DNA of 61,388 nucleotides, filler included, from Malassezia furfur (taxonomy: Eukaryota): assembly GCA_052055015.1 (NCBI GenBank). It is 2 parts of 2 records of this genome, joined end to end, with 100 filler letters (N's around TTAATTAATTAA, not from the genome) between each part and the next. Parts side by side here need not be neighbours in the genome. Positions count along the whole stretch, not along the records: positions 30,828 to 61,388 come from JBQJIT010000099.1; 1 more part is not named here. One strand, 5' to 3'. Positions 34,001-45,475 of the stretch are shown here, piece after piece. Under the pieces are notes generated by a model. The model was not told the DNA's origin, made no database searches, and was given only the letters and a program-made list of their open reading frames with translations. Each line of letters begins with the position of its first letter. The stretch's first letter is position 1. Position numbers and translations under genes: made by a program.

Positions 34001-34210
34001 GTGTTTCCCGACGACGAGCCGCTGCACCATGAGCCGGGGCGTGCGGCGCGTGCGCTCGACGCCGCCGAGTCGCTGGCCGCGACGCTATGCTCGCCGGCGC
34101 CCGTGCCGGCGGACGGCGAGGTGGCGGTAGAGCACGTCATCGAGGACGCGCTACCGCAGCGCCCTCCGCCCGCACGCCCGCACGCCCGGCCGCCGGTGGC
34201 CGCCGGCTAA
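31007..34210 (+). CDS. HRQ1: RecQ4-family helicase Hrq1 (with DUF1998 C-terminus)
   Basis: LYTHQA, TGTSSGKS, DEVH, SATIANP, ALELGMDIG, QQAGRAGR, CPCADGCPGC. In-frame 21-nt introns 31031-31051 and 31499-31519. True start probably upstream (about 30844). Confidence 0.92.
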   Translation: MELGKTFRVRHLLTQALCTVYTFCSAHKQLLTSFDTIRNGVEALTRAYVSRTHPSALRVEDLAQIKAVCPELLDIAYVPTASVRDADKKRKRDDDVYAPPDAQAPEYTLLVEFTDGTVDTGKMSRHGVHPPKVAPEHATRALIERRNDTFRRAVDTLVAASNEAVRAPLTQHTDAVALVREASHQYIPVRPGEVPADHERRVQRARLAEWEANPASKPSVRAVLAALPEQPWWREQIVPGGRRTFEARAAQYAMPDRPLRAEIAEAIEHAHGITQLYTHQARAVSAMQRGQHVVVSTGTSSGKSLVYQIPIATALLDDAAATALCIFPTKALTQDQRQSLERVLFACGLNATVATYDGDTPRDARREIRTSARVLFTNPDMLHQSILPHEEAWRRFFRGLRIVVVDEVHVYTGTFGVHVALILRRLRRVCAALGNDQLQFVSCSATIANPAVHMATLLALAPDEVASVEEDGSPCGAKEWVVWNPPEVDPDALVGPRVSAYTEVSRVFRHLLLHGLRTIVFAKVRRTCEIIVRQVREDLARDGHADLAERVHGYRSGYSPADRRRLEHAMRAGDVLGLVATTALELGMDIGSLDAVVLFGVPYSAASMYQQAGRAGRRQRDALVVVLTEPFAVDQYCAQNPEVLFAAPHAPLVLDVHNELLLVPHLQCAALEVPICVTDDERFFGPRLAALCAAHLERDGAGYFHYTDVHGAQPAREISIRGARQETYKYVDARTGTVLEEVELERVFFEAFQGAVFLHQGHSYVCDDILHDLHLALMRRADVLYHTRPRDLTDTDATQTRRIRTLEHAADVLAYFGQVTLTSRVWGYYKVDRRGNILDMVEVDAAPLVRTTQGLWIDVPWALVQTIAAQGVNASAAIHAAEHAILSLTPLFVASGTEDVRTECKLLRREIGEQRRATQRKRPSRLIFYDKPGNDGGTCALVFAHLDALLRIALSVIEACPCADGCPGCIKTTACSGDAEVSSKAGAGAVLRGLLGQRVFPDDEPLHHEPGRAARALDAAESLAATLCSPAPVPADGEVAVEHVIEDALPQRPPPARPHARPPVAAG

Positions 34211-34908
34211 TTCCACGCGTCGCGTTGCACCGCCATGGCCTGCGCGACGTCGGCCCAGCCCGCGCACTCGACCACACGCACGTTGGGGCGCTGCGCTACC
34301 GCATGGGCATACAGCGCACGGTGCACCACATCGGCATCCGAGAATGGCGCGTCGGGGCCACGCACAAACGCCACGACGAGCACATCGACGGCCCGCGCGA
34401 TCTGCTCGAGACGTAGCAGGTAGGCCGGCACATCAGCATCGCCGCCCTCGGACACATACACGGCGCCGCTCGCATCCACGCTAAGCACCTCAACGTGACA
34501 CTGACACTGCAAGGCACGCGCCAGCATCGCGCGACCCTCGGCGTTGCTGTACGGCAGCACACGCAGCGCATCGACGCCAGGCAGCGCCGGTTTTAGCCCG
34601 CTTGGCGCATGCACGAGTGCATGCACGACAAAATCATCGGCCAGCTGTACAAGCAGTGCATCGGCTCCCTGCGCACACGCCGCCTCGGCGTCCATCGCCA
34701 GCGGCAATGACACGCTCAGTGTGGGGTTCTGCATCAGCGCTGCACCTACCTTCTTCGCCGAGCGCCGGGGCTTGTCGCCCGCATCCTGCGGCGGCCTAGG
34801 CCGAACACTCCAGCGGCGCACGGCCGCGCCGGCAAGGAGCGCGACGCCCACCACAAGCAGCGCCGTGCGTACCGGCCGCGGGGTCCGGCGGTTCGGCATG
34901 GTGGCCAT
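34207..34908 (-). CDS. N-terminally anchored membrane protein, possibly Pex22-like
   Basis: Basic N-terminus, one hydrophobic helix, small alpha/beta domain. Probable 21-nt intron 34749-34729. Family assignment is weak. Confidence 0.5.
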   Translation of the reverse strand: MATMPNRRTPRPVRTALLVVGVALLAGAAVRRWSVRPRPPQDAGDKPRRSAKKVGAALMQNPTLSVSLPLAMDAEAACAQGADALLVQLADDFVVHALVHAPSGLKPALPGVDALRVLPYSNAEGRAMLARALQCQCHVEVLSVDASGAVYVSEGGDADVPAYLLRLEQIARAVDVLVVAFVRGPDAPFSDADVVHRALYAHAVAQRPNVRVVECAGWADVAQAMAVQRDAWN

Positions 34909-35009
34909 GTGGAGGGAAACTAGGGGCGCACGCGCAAGGTCAAAAAGTGGAGGACTGGGTCGGCTACGTACAAGCAATGCACAAGGTAGGCGCGGAATTT
35001 CAATGTGGA

Positions 35010-36876
35010 TTACTCGTCGTTCTCGTACGACGGAACCCACATTTGTTCCTGGATCCACTTGTGCAGCTCCTTTTCGGAAAGACTGGCCGTGAAGCCATCG
35101 TCGCGCGCAAGTCCCTCCTTGTTGATCGTCTGAATGCACCTGGTCGCGATCCAGTTGGAGATCTCGCGCACGCGCTCAAGCTTGGGGTACACGCGGCCCT
35201 CCTTGATCTCCTCCTCATTCATCGAGTCAGCCAGCGCAAGCGCCGCCTGGGTGATCACCGAGTCGGTCATGTGCTTGGCCTTGGACAGCGCGCCGGCCAG
35301 ACCAAGGCCGGGGAAGATGTAGAAGTTGTTGCCTTGGTCGGCAAACCGCGTGTCGCCGTTGAAATCGACGTCGTCAAACGGCGAGCCTGCAGCAAAAATG
35401 GCACGACCATCGGTGTGTCGCAGCGCCTCTTCAAACGTGCACTCCGACTTGGACGTGGGGTTGCTCAGCGGGAAAATGATCGGGCGCTTGTTCAGCTCGG
35501 CCATCTTGCGCAGCACCGTCTCGTTGAACGTGCCAGCCACGGTCGAAAGACCAAAAATGACGGTCGGCTTGACGTAGTCGACAATGTCCACGAGATCCTT
35601 GTACTGCTGCTCGCCATTGTCCTTTCGCGCGAAATATTTCTTGTGCTCCGGCAGCGTATCGCCGCGGTTCATGGTCACCAGGCCCTTGGTGTCTGTCGTC
35701 CAGATGCGCGACCGGGCCTCTTCCTTCGACATGCCGTGAATCTCAAAGAAGGACATGAGCTGCTTCGCAACACCGATCGCAGCCGAACCAGAGCCCACCA
35801 TGAGGATGCGCTGGTCGGTGAGATCGTTGCCCGAAGCCGCCGAGCACATCCGCGCGGCGTTGATAAAGCCGGCCAGAATCACCGCACCCGTACCCTGAAT
35901 ATCGTCGTTGAACATGGGGTACTTGTTCTGGTACCGCTCGAGGAACAGGAAGGCGTGCTCACTGCTCCAGTCCTCAAACTGGATGATAAGGTTCGGGTAC
36001 TTTTTATTCAGAGCCTCCATCACTTCGTCCACAAACTCGACCAGTTCCTCGGTGCTAGGACGCTTGCGCTGCAGACCCAGGTAGAGCGGGTCGTCACGCA
36101 CCTCGTCCGAGTCTGTGCCAACATCCACGACGATCGGCACGGTCGACTGCGGGTGGACACCGGCACCGGCAACGTACAGCGACAGCTTGCCGATGCAAAT
36201 GCCCAGACCGTTCCAGCCGAGGTCACCCAGGCCCAGAATGCGCGAGCCGTCGGTAATAACGGCAATGCGAGGCGTGTCCGCCGGGCGCGGCCAATTGGCC
36301 ACGCACTCAGCCACCGAGCCCTTGTCCTCGAGGGTGATGGTCATACCCTCTGGACGACGGAACATTTTGGAAAACTTTTGGCACGATTCGCCCACCACGG
36401 GCGTGTAGACGAGCGGCAACGTCGAGCGCATGTGCTTAAGAATGTACGCGTAGAACAGGCGCTCGTTGCGCTGGCGCATGTTCATCAGCGTGATGTGCTT
36501 GTCAAACGTGCTCGGCTTCGTTGCGATCTGGTGCTCGACACGAGCGAGCTGCTGCTCCATCGTCTGCACCGAGGGGGGCAATAGACCACGGAGGCCCATC
36601 TTTTGACGCTCCTCCTTGGTGAAGCCGGTGCCTGGGTCAGTCCGGACACGTACCCTTGTTAGTGAACACGTCACGCAGACACGCGGCACCACCATACTCG
36701 TGCGTATCAATGGAGTAATGCACAGAGTCTTGCTTCGCCTCCAAATTAGACTGTCCATGCGAATGCGCCCCGCGGCAAAATGCGTATAAGCATCCATGTT
36801 CACGCTGAACTGCAAGACGCCGCGACATACTGCGCAGCGCCTGCACAGGTCTACGTACCTGCGCTTTGTACGACAT
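35010..36876 (-). CDS. Malic enzyme (NAD(P)-dependent)
   Basis: NKGTGF (after 22-nt intron 36653-36632), GLLPP, TDGSRILGLGDLG, FNDDIQGTG, GSGSAA, LSNPT. Confidence 0.95.
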
Positions 36877-37118
36877 CGTTGCGTAGGGGCAAACGCGGGG
36901 ACAAGAGGACGCAAGATTCTCGAACCCAGAGTGTGAGTCACGTTCCTGAGTTATGTAATTCGCGCATCGACTCCCGCGCATGCGGGGGTTCCAAGGTGGA
37001 GGGGGCCAGTCCCTGTGCAACCACGTTGCGGGCACGTGCACGCGTCCCGGCGCTTGCCGGCGCTTAAGTGTCAGACCGTTTGCGCCGAGGCTTCTCTCAT
37101 ACATCTTCTTTATCGATC

Positions 37119-38226
37119 ATGTTTGCTCGTGCCGCCCTGCGTAACAGCGTCCGCGCCCCGGCTTCGGCCCGTTACTTCTCGCAGACTGCGGCTGCTAACC
37201 GCAAGGTTGCCGTGCTTGGCGCCTCGGGCGGTATCGGCCAGCCCGTACGTTATACTATTCTGACTCGCAGCTCTCGCTCCTGATGAAGCTCAACCCCAAG
37301 GTCACCGAGCTGCGCCTGTACGACATCCGTCTTGCTCCGGGTGTTGCTGCGGACCTCTCGCACATCAACACGCCTGCGGTGACCTCGGGCTACGCCCAGG
37401 ACGACCTTGAGGGTGCCGTTGACGGCGCAGAGATTGTCCTGATCCCCGCCGGTATGCCGCGCAAGCCCGGCATGACCCGTGACGATCTGTTCAACGTACG
37501 TGAACTTGCTGACCCAGTCGAACGCCTCGATCGTCCGTGACCTCGCCAAGACCGTGGCCAAGGTTGCCCCCAAGGCCTACATTGGTATCATCTCGAACCC
37601 CGTCAACTCGACGGTGCCGATCGTCGCCGAGGTGTTCAAGAAGGCGGGTGTGTACGACCCCAAGCGCCTCTTCGGTGTGACCACGCTCGACACCACGCGT
37701 GCGGCCACCTTCCTGTCGGGCATCACTGGCTCGGACCCGCAGACCACCAATGTCCCGGTCATTGGTGGTCACTCGGGTGTGACCATCGTGCCTCTGGTCT
37801 CGCAGGCCCCCCAGGGTGACAAGGTGCAGGCCGGCGAGCAGTACGACAAGCTCGTCCACCGCATTCAGTTCGGTGGTGACGAGGTCGTTAAGGCCAAGGA
37901 CGGTGCGGGCTCGGCGACGCTGTCGATGGCCTACGCCGCCGCTGTCTTCACTGAGGGCCTGCTCAAGGGTCTTGACGGTGAGGCGGTGACGCAGTGCACC
38001 TTCGTTGAGAGCCCCCTGTTCAAGGACCAGGTTGACTTCTTCGCCTCGCCCGTCGAGTTCGGCCCCGAGGGCGTGAAGAACATCCCTGCCCTGCCCAAGC
38101 TCACCGCTGAGGAGCAGAAGCTGCTCGACGCCTGCCTGCCCGACCTTGCCAAGAGTACGTACATCAGTGTGATGACTGACGACAGACATCAAGAAGGGTG
38201 TTGCGTGGGTTGCCGAGAACCCCTAA
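37119..38226 (+). CDS. MDH1: Mitochondrial malate dehydrogenase (Mala f 4 allergen-like)
   Basis: [34 protein letters not shown]. Introns 37245-37270, 37496-37517, 38155-38185. Confidence 0.96.
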
Positions 38227-38335
38227 ATGCGCAGAACCAGCTTCCACGGAGCTTGCGCCAAGGAAAGGAAACGCACATTTCTATAGAGCGTAGCTTTGTC
38301 CCTTTCCATTTATGTGTGCGGAGTGCACCGTGTGT

Positions 38336-39427
38336 CTACAACACCTGGGTAACGGTAGTGTCGACAAAGCGAGAAACGTCCCACCCTTCTGCTGGCGTCT
38401 GCAAAACGCCGGCATCCTCCAGCACCTTGAGGGTGTGAAGAAGCATGGAAGACGAGAGCGTGTATGCATTCGTCTCTTCCGCACGGGGGTCGGTTGGTTT
38501 CGTGTTTTCGGGGTCGGGGGTCACCTCGCCCGCCCACCGCACCGTCGACGCCCACTCCGCAATGTCCTCGGGTTTGTAGTGATGGACACGTTCAATAAAC
38601 GCATGCAGCGAGCCGTCCTTGCGGGTTTCGGGGTTAGCGAATGATTTAATCGATTCATCCAACTTGTGCAAAAACGCTTCTAGCGTGCTCTTCTGCGACT
38701 GGAGCGCCGTGGCCTTGCTCGCGGCAATCGTCCACGACGGCCACGGCGTAGGCAATGACCCGATAAAACGAACTTCACCCGAGTCTTGAAAGGGTTTGGT
38801 CGTGAACCACTCCCTGCGTTAGCATGCAACTTACCACATGAAAAAGCCAGTCTCATGTCTGTGTCAATTATACCACGTACCCAGGCCTTTGGTTGACCCC
38901 GTCGCGAAGCGTCTTGAAGTCGTTGTTGACTACAAACTCTTGCGACGCGACCTTGCCATCTGCATCGGTCCAGCCTTGTTCAAGGCCAAGCACGCTTGCC
39001 ATCAAGTTTGAGCCACTGCCCAGGCGGCTCACTCCCACTTTCGCATGGCGCAAATCGGCCACGGTCTGATACTTGCTGGCAGCAGGCGCCGTACCCGTGA
39101 TGATGGCCCTGTATAAGCACGTAACATACCAGTTGAGGCTGCTGCGGACATAACTTCCCACCAGGGCATAGTCATCACGTCCCTTGGCTATTCCGGCAAT
39201 GAGCCCCTCGGTAAGGGCCACTGCCACATCAATTTTTTGTCCGCCAGGGCTGCTTGCATCCAGCGAAGTCAGCATTTGTCCCGTGCCAGACGACTGCTCC
39301 ACGAGCTGAATATGTTGTTTTCCCTTGGGTCAGATGTGCCACCTACCCATTCCGTCTCGGCCAATTTGAGCAACGGTGCCGCAAAGTGCTCTGGCACATA
39401 TCCAACGCGCAGAACAGGGCTGGTCAT
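38336..39427 (-). CDS. Periplasmic-binding-protein-II fold protein (SsuA/THI5/NMT1-like)
   Basis: [50 protein letters not shown]. Introns 39346-39324, 39129-39109, 38880-38859, 38834-38814. Confidence 0.85.
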
Positions 39428-39509
39428 GGTGGATAGAAACCAGCCGGCTTCCCCCCCACATCACGTGGGTGGGCCGTGCGTTGGCACCTGCGCATCGAGT
39501 TCACACGCA

Positions 39510-40290
39510 TTAGGCGTGCACAGGCCCAGCAGGGTAGCCGCGGTAGTGCAACAAGACCGCCTGTTGGTAGTGCCAGCGTAAAAAGTTGTCATTAGGACGC
39601 ACGAAGCGGCTGCCTGTAAACCGTGTCCGATCAAATTTTCGGCCATGAATGCCCATGCTATGCAGAGCCGGCCACAACCCAAACACGTGGATGACATAGG
39701 TCCCCTCCTGTGGTTAGATTGTCACGCACAGAGGGGTAAATGGCCACATCGTAGTTTGAAAATGCGTCGCGCATAATGGGGCTGAGGAGCAATACGTTGG
39801 TAATACCCGTCACATCTTCGTGTGTGCCCGCGAGTGCGCAGCGCAGGTCGGTAAACGCATATGGAACAATGTCACAGATACACTCGCCTTTCTCTCCGGA
39901 AATCACGCAACATCTGTCTCTCTCCTTGGCCAATGTGGTCAAAATGCTGGCCAGATAGCTAGGACGGATTGCACCCGATAAAGGAGCAATGTAGGGGCCA
40001 TATTGCAGTGGAAGACTGGCCAGTTGCCCATCTTTCAGTTTACCGAACAGGTACCTGCCGCAGAACAGATCATCAAGCTGATTTATAGCCTTTCCATGCA
40101 CCGTATGGAGTTCCCCAACATACTCTGGATCGTAAACGCATTGCCGAACGCAATGGAGCACGAAGCACCAGTTGAGGTTCCCGCTGGACTTGAGCGAGCC
40201 AATAGGAATGATACAGAGCCGTAAACCACAAGGGTCAAACACCTCTATTGCCCCATGCATAGGCCATTGGGTCATAGTTAAGCTGAACAT
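39510..40290 (-). CDS. Fungal HNH_2-type nuclease-domain protein with degenerate active site
   Basis: RDRCCVISG..CDIVP..NVLLL..AF..Y..IYP. The 22-nt intron 39729-39708 joins the typical tail PNDNFLRWHYQQAVLLHYRG. Confidence 0.7.
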
Positions 40291-40521
40291 GGCAGGAAAG
40301 ATGCTAGGACAGCGGAGTATGATAAGGAAGTAGGGGCGGGGGTATCTGGCAAGCGAGCTTGGCGTACTATATATGTCTCTACAGAACTGCCCATGCACGC
40401 AACACAAGAGCTGCACAGGTACAAACGCTTGCGGAACTGCAAGTGTGCAGAGAACGAGATATGCAGGGGCGCTGGAAGCTTCATTTAAAGCAACAAGGCA
40501 GCGAGGAGGAAGGGGTATATG

Positions 40522-41647
40522 TCAAACTGGCGCAGGTGCCTCCACCAAAGAGGTTGATACATCCGTTTGTGATTGGGCGCTGGGCGCGGAGGGTGAATCC
40601 GTGTTCTTCTTGGCGAATGGGGTGCAGTCTTGCAGGACCTTTTGCTCAAGTTGTACCACGGCCCCTGCAAGTAGTTCGATTTGGCGTCGGGCTTGTCCAA
40701 GCGTTTGTGCCTCTTCCTGCAGGAGCGTGGCAATTTGTATATTTGCGATCTCCTCCGGGGATGACGATGGGACTGGCTTGGCCGAGTTGCCAAATTGGAA
40801 AAACTCTGTGCGGCCGACATCTAACAGCTGCGATAGGCTCGATGTACTTTGCTCCAACGTAAGAAGTACAGCAGCAAAGTTCTGGCTCATCATCACAATG
40901 ATGTCGTACGTGGTTAGGCCCGGGAAGGCACGCGTCCACCAAGGCTGTGAGTCCCACACAACCAATTGGATCTGGATTGCAAAAACACACGCTTGAAGCA
41001 GGAGACCCCACTGGGTTAGAGAGGGACGTACGTAGGTTCCTGCACCCACTGCATGGCTTCTGCCGCGCCCAACAAGCCATGCAAGGACTTGCATGCCCAG
41101 GAATTGGAACTGTAGGGCAAAGATCATCCGCACGCCTTGAATAAGGAACTCGCGCATGGTGCTGAGCCTCCGCCACGAGTCGGGGTCTTCGCCAAACCTG
41201 AACGTAAATCTACCACACGTACCTGTCGTAAGCGTAGCGTAGTAAAGGGTCGGACAACACTGTATAGGCGTGCTGGAGCCGCAGAAACAGTCCTTCATGC
41301 TCGAGTCCAGCCTTGTCTGGGTGATAAATCCGGGCAAAATGGCGGTATCTTTGTTTAATTTCATGCTCTGTCGCAGAGGGGCTCAGTCCAAGGACAGCAT
41401 ATAGGTTCGGAGGCAATCCCGTATAGCTACGCACCACGCAGTAGGCCAGGTACAGCAGGACGACCATCATCCGGGCTGTATGCCAATGCGTGATCGCTGC
41501 GGCGCTTTTCGGCGGAGGTCGGTGCAGCCTGAATGGACCTGGCAGACCATATGCAGCTTGGAGGACCATACGAATGCCGAAGCTTTCCGCTGCACCCCAG
41601 GCGCCCCAGAGCAGGACTTGGTTGACGACGGCCTTCACTAAGCTCAT
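40522..41647 (-). CDS. Membrane-anchored DnaJ-domain protein
   Basis: NLYAVLGL..YHPDK..AYTVLSDP..RYAYDRFG with flanking TM helices. Introns 41222-41198 and 41031-41011. Confidence 0.85.
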
Positions 41648-41722
41648 GGTGGACGGGGGCGTGGATTTAAATTGGCACGTGCGCGTATCCTCGCGCGTTT
41701 GGGTGTTGGATTGCGTCGCGAC

Positions 41723-44286
41723 ATGCAAGTCCGGCGAGAACGAGGCATGGTCCGTGGAAGAAGTAGAGACACGCCGTACGAGATCGAAGATGCAGGACCC
41801 TTCGATGAGCAGGTGGAACTGTCTCTCTTGCACGATGGGAAGCCCCCGAGCCCCGGGGATGCCGAGTCACAGCTCTTCGACGAAGAGCATACGCTCCAAA
41901 TGGTGCGCCAAGTCGTGCCAGAAACCGATATACCAACGCTGCCATCCCTAACGTTTCGCTCCGTGCTACTCGGAAGTATTTTTACGGTTCTTGGTGCAGG
42001 GATGTCACAATTGTTTTTCTACAAGTCTAATGCACCCGTGTTCAGCAGTTACTTTGTGATCCTAGTCACGCTTCCAATGGCGCGTTGGATGGCAAGTGCC
42101 TTGCCAGACCGCCGCGTCAATCTATTCGGGTGGCATTTTCGACTAAATCCAGGGCCATTCAGTGCCAAAGAGCACGTCCTAATTGCCGTGACCGTGACGT
42201 CCGGCGCGACGAGTGCCTATGCTTCGGATATCATCAACATTCAGGAGCTCTTTTTCCACCAACACATGAGTGCAATTCCTGCACTCACTCTTCTGATTAC
42301 GACGCAGGTAATTGGATTCGGGTTTGCCGGGCTGGTGTATGACCTGTTGGTGCGGCCGCCGTCTATGGTTTACCCCAGTACGTTGGTGACCGTTTCCCTG
42401 TTCAATACACTACACGATACCGAGTCGTCTTTGACCCGCGTCCGAATGCGCTTCTTTCTGCTTGTGTTTGGTGGCATCTTTGTATACCAGTTCCTGCCGA
42501 CGACCCTGTTTCCCACACTCAGCAGCATTGCCACGCTTTGTTATGTGCATCGCAGCCGAGTAACACAAATTCTGAGCTCCGGCTACCGCGGGTTCGGTAT
42601 CCTCAACTTCAGCTTTGATTGGAACGTGGTGGGATCAAGTGGTCCGCTTTTCCAGCCATGGTGGGCGGCGCTCAACTTCTACGCAGGGATCATGGGCATG
42701 ATGTATGTGGTTATGCCTCTCCTCTACTTCTTCAACTTCTGGGAAGCCCAGTCGTTTCCAGCGGTACTCAGCTCGGGGCTGTTCACGTCAAACTACACGA
42801 AGTTTGACGTGGATGGCGTTCTTAAGAAAGACAACAGTCTGGATGACGCGGCATGGGAGCAAAATAAGCCCATGCTTCTTACGCCCTTTTGTACGTGATA
42901 TGCTCACCCAGTCGCATTGTCGTATGGCATTTCAGTACGTTTTTTTTACTGACCCAGTTTGCGGTGTTGACGAGCACAGTATGTGAGAGGCTGATCCAGA
43001 TCACGCATGTACTTTTGTGGCACGGCAAGGAGATCAAAAAGGCGCTGTTTAATCCGGTGTACTCGGTAGGTGCTTTGTGCTAACCCAGGATGTGCACAAC
43101 AAACTCATGCAGTCGTATCCCCTTGTTCCCCAGTCCTGGTATCTCTGGACGCTGGCGCTCTCGCTAGGCTCGGCATCGATCCTGGTCATGACAAACCCGC
43201 TGCAGTTCCCAGTCTGGGGTCTGCTGTTGTCGGTCGGCATGTCGCTGTTTTTCCTGATACCCATCGGCATTCTCAAGGCCGTCAGCGATACCGGCGTGGG
43301 ATTGAACGTGATTACTGAGTATGTGGTCTCTTAACCCAGATTTGTCGCAGGGTTCCTCATTCCCGGCAAGCCGATCGGAAGTGCGTTTACTTACTGCTGA
43401 CCTAGATGTGTGCTGGAAATGCTATGGATACATGAGCTGTGCACAGGCGCTGGACCTAATCGGCGATATGAAGCTGGCGCATTATATGAGTACGTTCTTG
43501 GCTGACCCCAGAAATCAATCCAAAACACATGTACGTACATGCAACGTCTGACTGGCAGGTTTTTGTCGCAGTTGTTGTACGTGTCGACCTGACGCAGGGG
43601 CACGGTGATTGGATGTTTTATGAACTATTTGGTGGTGTGCATTGTACTTGCGCCGCAGAATGGATACCGCCAGTTTTTAGACGGAAGCGGTACGTCACAA
43701 GCTCACACAGTACCGGATCCAAGTGGTCAATGGGATGGACGGTTCGTGACCTCACTCATCGCAGCAAAGTGCATATCTTTCGGTCAGCGTCGATTATTTG
43801 GGGTGCGGTCGGTCCTGAGCGCTTCTTTGCAGGACGCTACCGCAGCCTATACTGGGGCTTTGCTCTCGGTGTGTTGATTCCCCTGGTTCCCTGGTTGCTC
43901 CACAAGCGCCTGGAGCGGGCGAAGCGCATGGTCTTACGCGAGTCGGTTTTCAGCAAGACGGTTGTGCCTATCATTCTACACGGCGCCATTGCACCCCCAG
44001 CAACACCGACAAACGTACGTGCCGTGGCTCACCTAGATCATTTTGGGCGGATTGGTCTGTGCGTACTTGTCGCAGAAATGGGCGCGTGAGCGACACCCCG
44101 AGTGGTTCGGCAAATTCAAGTACGTGTGACGCTTACACTAGCTATGTGCTCTCCGCAGCCCTCGACGCCGGTGCATCTATCAATGCGCTGTCCGTCTTTG
44201 TGCTGTCCATTACGTTCTTCCGCTGGTGGGGCCTTCCCCACTTCTTTGCCGGAACCGATGCAGAGCACTGTCAGGTTGCCTCATAG
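41723..44286 (+). CDS. OPT-family oligopeptide transporter
   Basis: LTFRS, LNPGPFSAKEH, GLNVITEF, DMKLAHYMKI, NYVLSAALDAG. 13 introns of 21-28 nt between 42891 and 44141. Start is 41723 or 41747. Confidence 0.93.
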
Positions 44287-44407
44287 GATGACTAAACATT
44301 ACCTGCGCGCGGTTAACGCAACGCCACCGTCTAGCGGAGATATGCGGGGTGGCAGGCTGGTTCCTGGTTTCTTTTTATTCGGGCCTACTCTATGGCTGGT
44401 GGACGCC

Positions 44408-45448
44408 ATGATCATTCCTTCTGAGAGTACGTCGCGGACACGCACCATTTCTCTGGAGCGACGTCAAAGCGCGAGCGCGTCGTCGGGGAGCGGCGATTAC
44501 AATCCAGCGCCGTCGAACGACCCGTCCTCCTCCGGTGGTCCGATCTTCAGCTACCCGTTTATCACACTGGCTGTTGTGGCGGTCGCCGTATTTGTGCTCA
44601 TCACGATTCTGATTGCTGTACGCATGACGGTCTGGAATCGCCGCTCGCGTCAGCATATGCTGGACATGAACGAGGAATATTTTCCCCATCCATTCGCCCC
44701 TCAAAGACCTGTGATGGACCCCATCAAACCCCCGCCGATTCTGGAGAAAAAGATTGCACCGGTTGGTACCCACCATCGTCTCCCCTTCACCCATGCCACG
44801 GCCGATTGGAGTACGCTGCAGCCCGTCTCTGTGTGTTTCGACCATGAAACTTCAGACGCCATTCGCGCGTCGCCCAACTCAAAACAAGACCCGAACGAGC
44901 CGATTTCGCCCAAGGTGCAAGTGACGTGCCTCGTGAGCCTACCCACGGCACGCACTGCGTTCCCCGACCGGCTGCGCCGGCGGCCGCTCAAGGACGTGAA
45001 GGCGTCTATAATTAACCCATTGTTCCAAGGCGTTCATGGCAGGCCCAGTTATGAGGGTGATCTGACCGGCGATCTTTCACGCGGACCTTCAATCAAGCGC
45101 GCGGGCAGTATCCATTCCCGTATGTCGACCAAGGAGGCTAGCGATGCCCGCCGTGATGCGTATTTCGAAAACATGGAAAAGGAAGCACAGCTCGGTGGAC
45201 CTGGTCTGGCCCCACCCAAACCGGACCTCTCGCGCCGCAACTCTCGCTCGTCAATGGCCACCGACAACGAAGCCAAGGAGGGAGACATGGAACATGTGGG
45301 CATTTTTGCATTTGGCTCCGTGGTGCTTCCTGTGACCAAGAGCAAGGGTAAAGAGTTGTTTTCGGAGAAGAACGGGCATTTGAAGAGATTGGACGTAATG
45401 GCACTGATGGAGCATACTCAGCGTATCCAAAGCCCGACGAAGTTTTAG
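44408..45448 (+). CDS. Single-pass membrane protein of unknown function
   Basis: Long ORF with a Ser-rich N-terminus, strong TM segment FITLAVVAVAVFVLITILIAV and basic stop-transfer residues. Confidence 0.65.
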   Translation: MIIPSESTSRTRTISLERRQSASASSGSGDYNPAPSNDPSSSGGPIFSYPFITLAVVAVAVFVLITILIAVRMTVWNRRSRQHMLDMNEEYFPHPFAPQRPVMDPIKPPPILEKKIAPVGTHHRLPFTHATADWSTLQPVSVCFDHETSDAIRASPNSKQDPNEPISPKVQVTCLVSLPTARTAFPDRLRRRPLKDVKASIINPLFQGVHGRPSYEGDLTGDLSRGPSIKRAGSIHSRMSTKEASDARRDAYFENMEKEAQLGGPGLAPPKPDLSRRNSRSSMATDNEAKEGDMEHVGIFAFGSVVLPVTKSKGKELFSEKNGHLKRLDVMALMEHTQRIQSPTKF

Positions 45449-45475
45449 CGTGTTTTTATAGAGTTTCTATACCCC

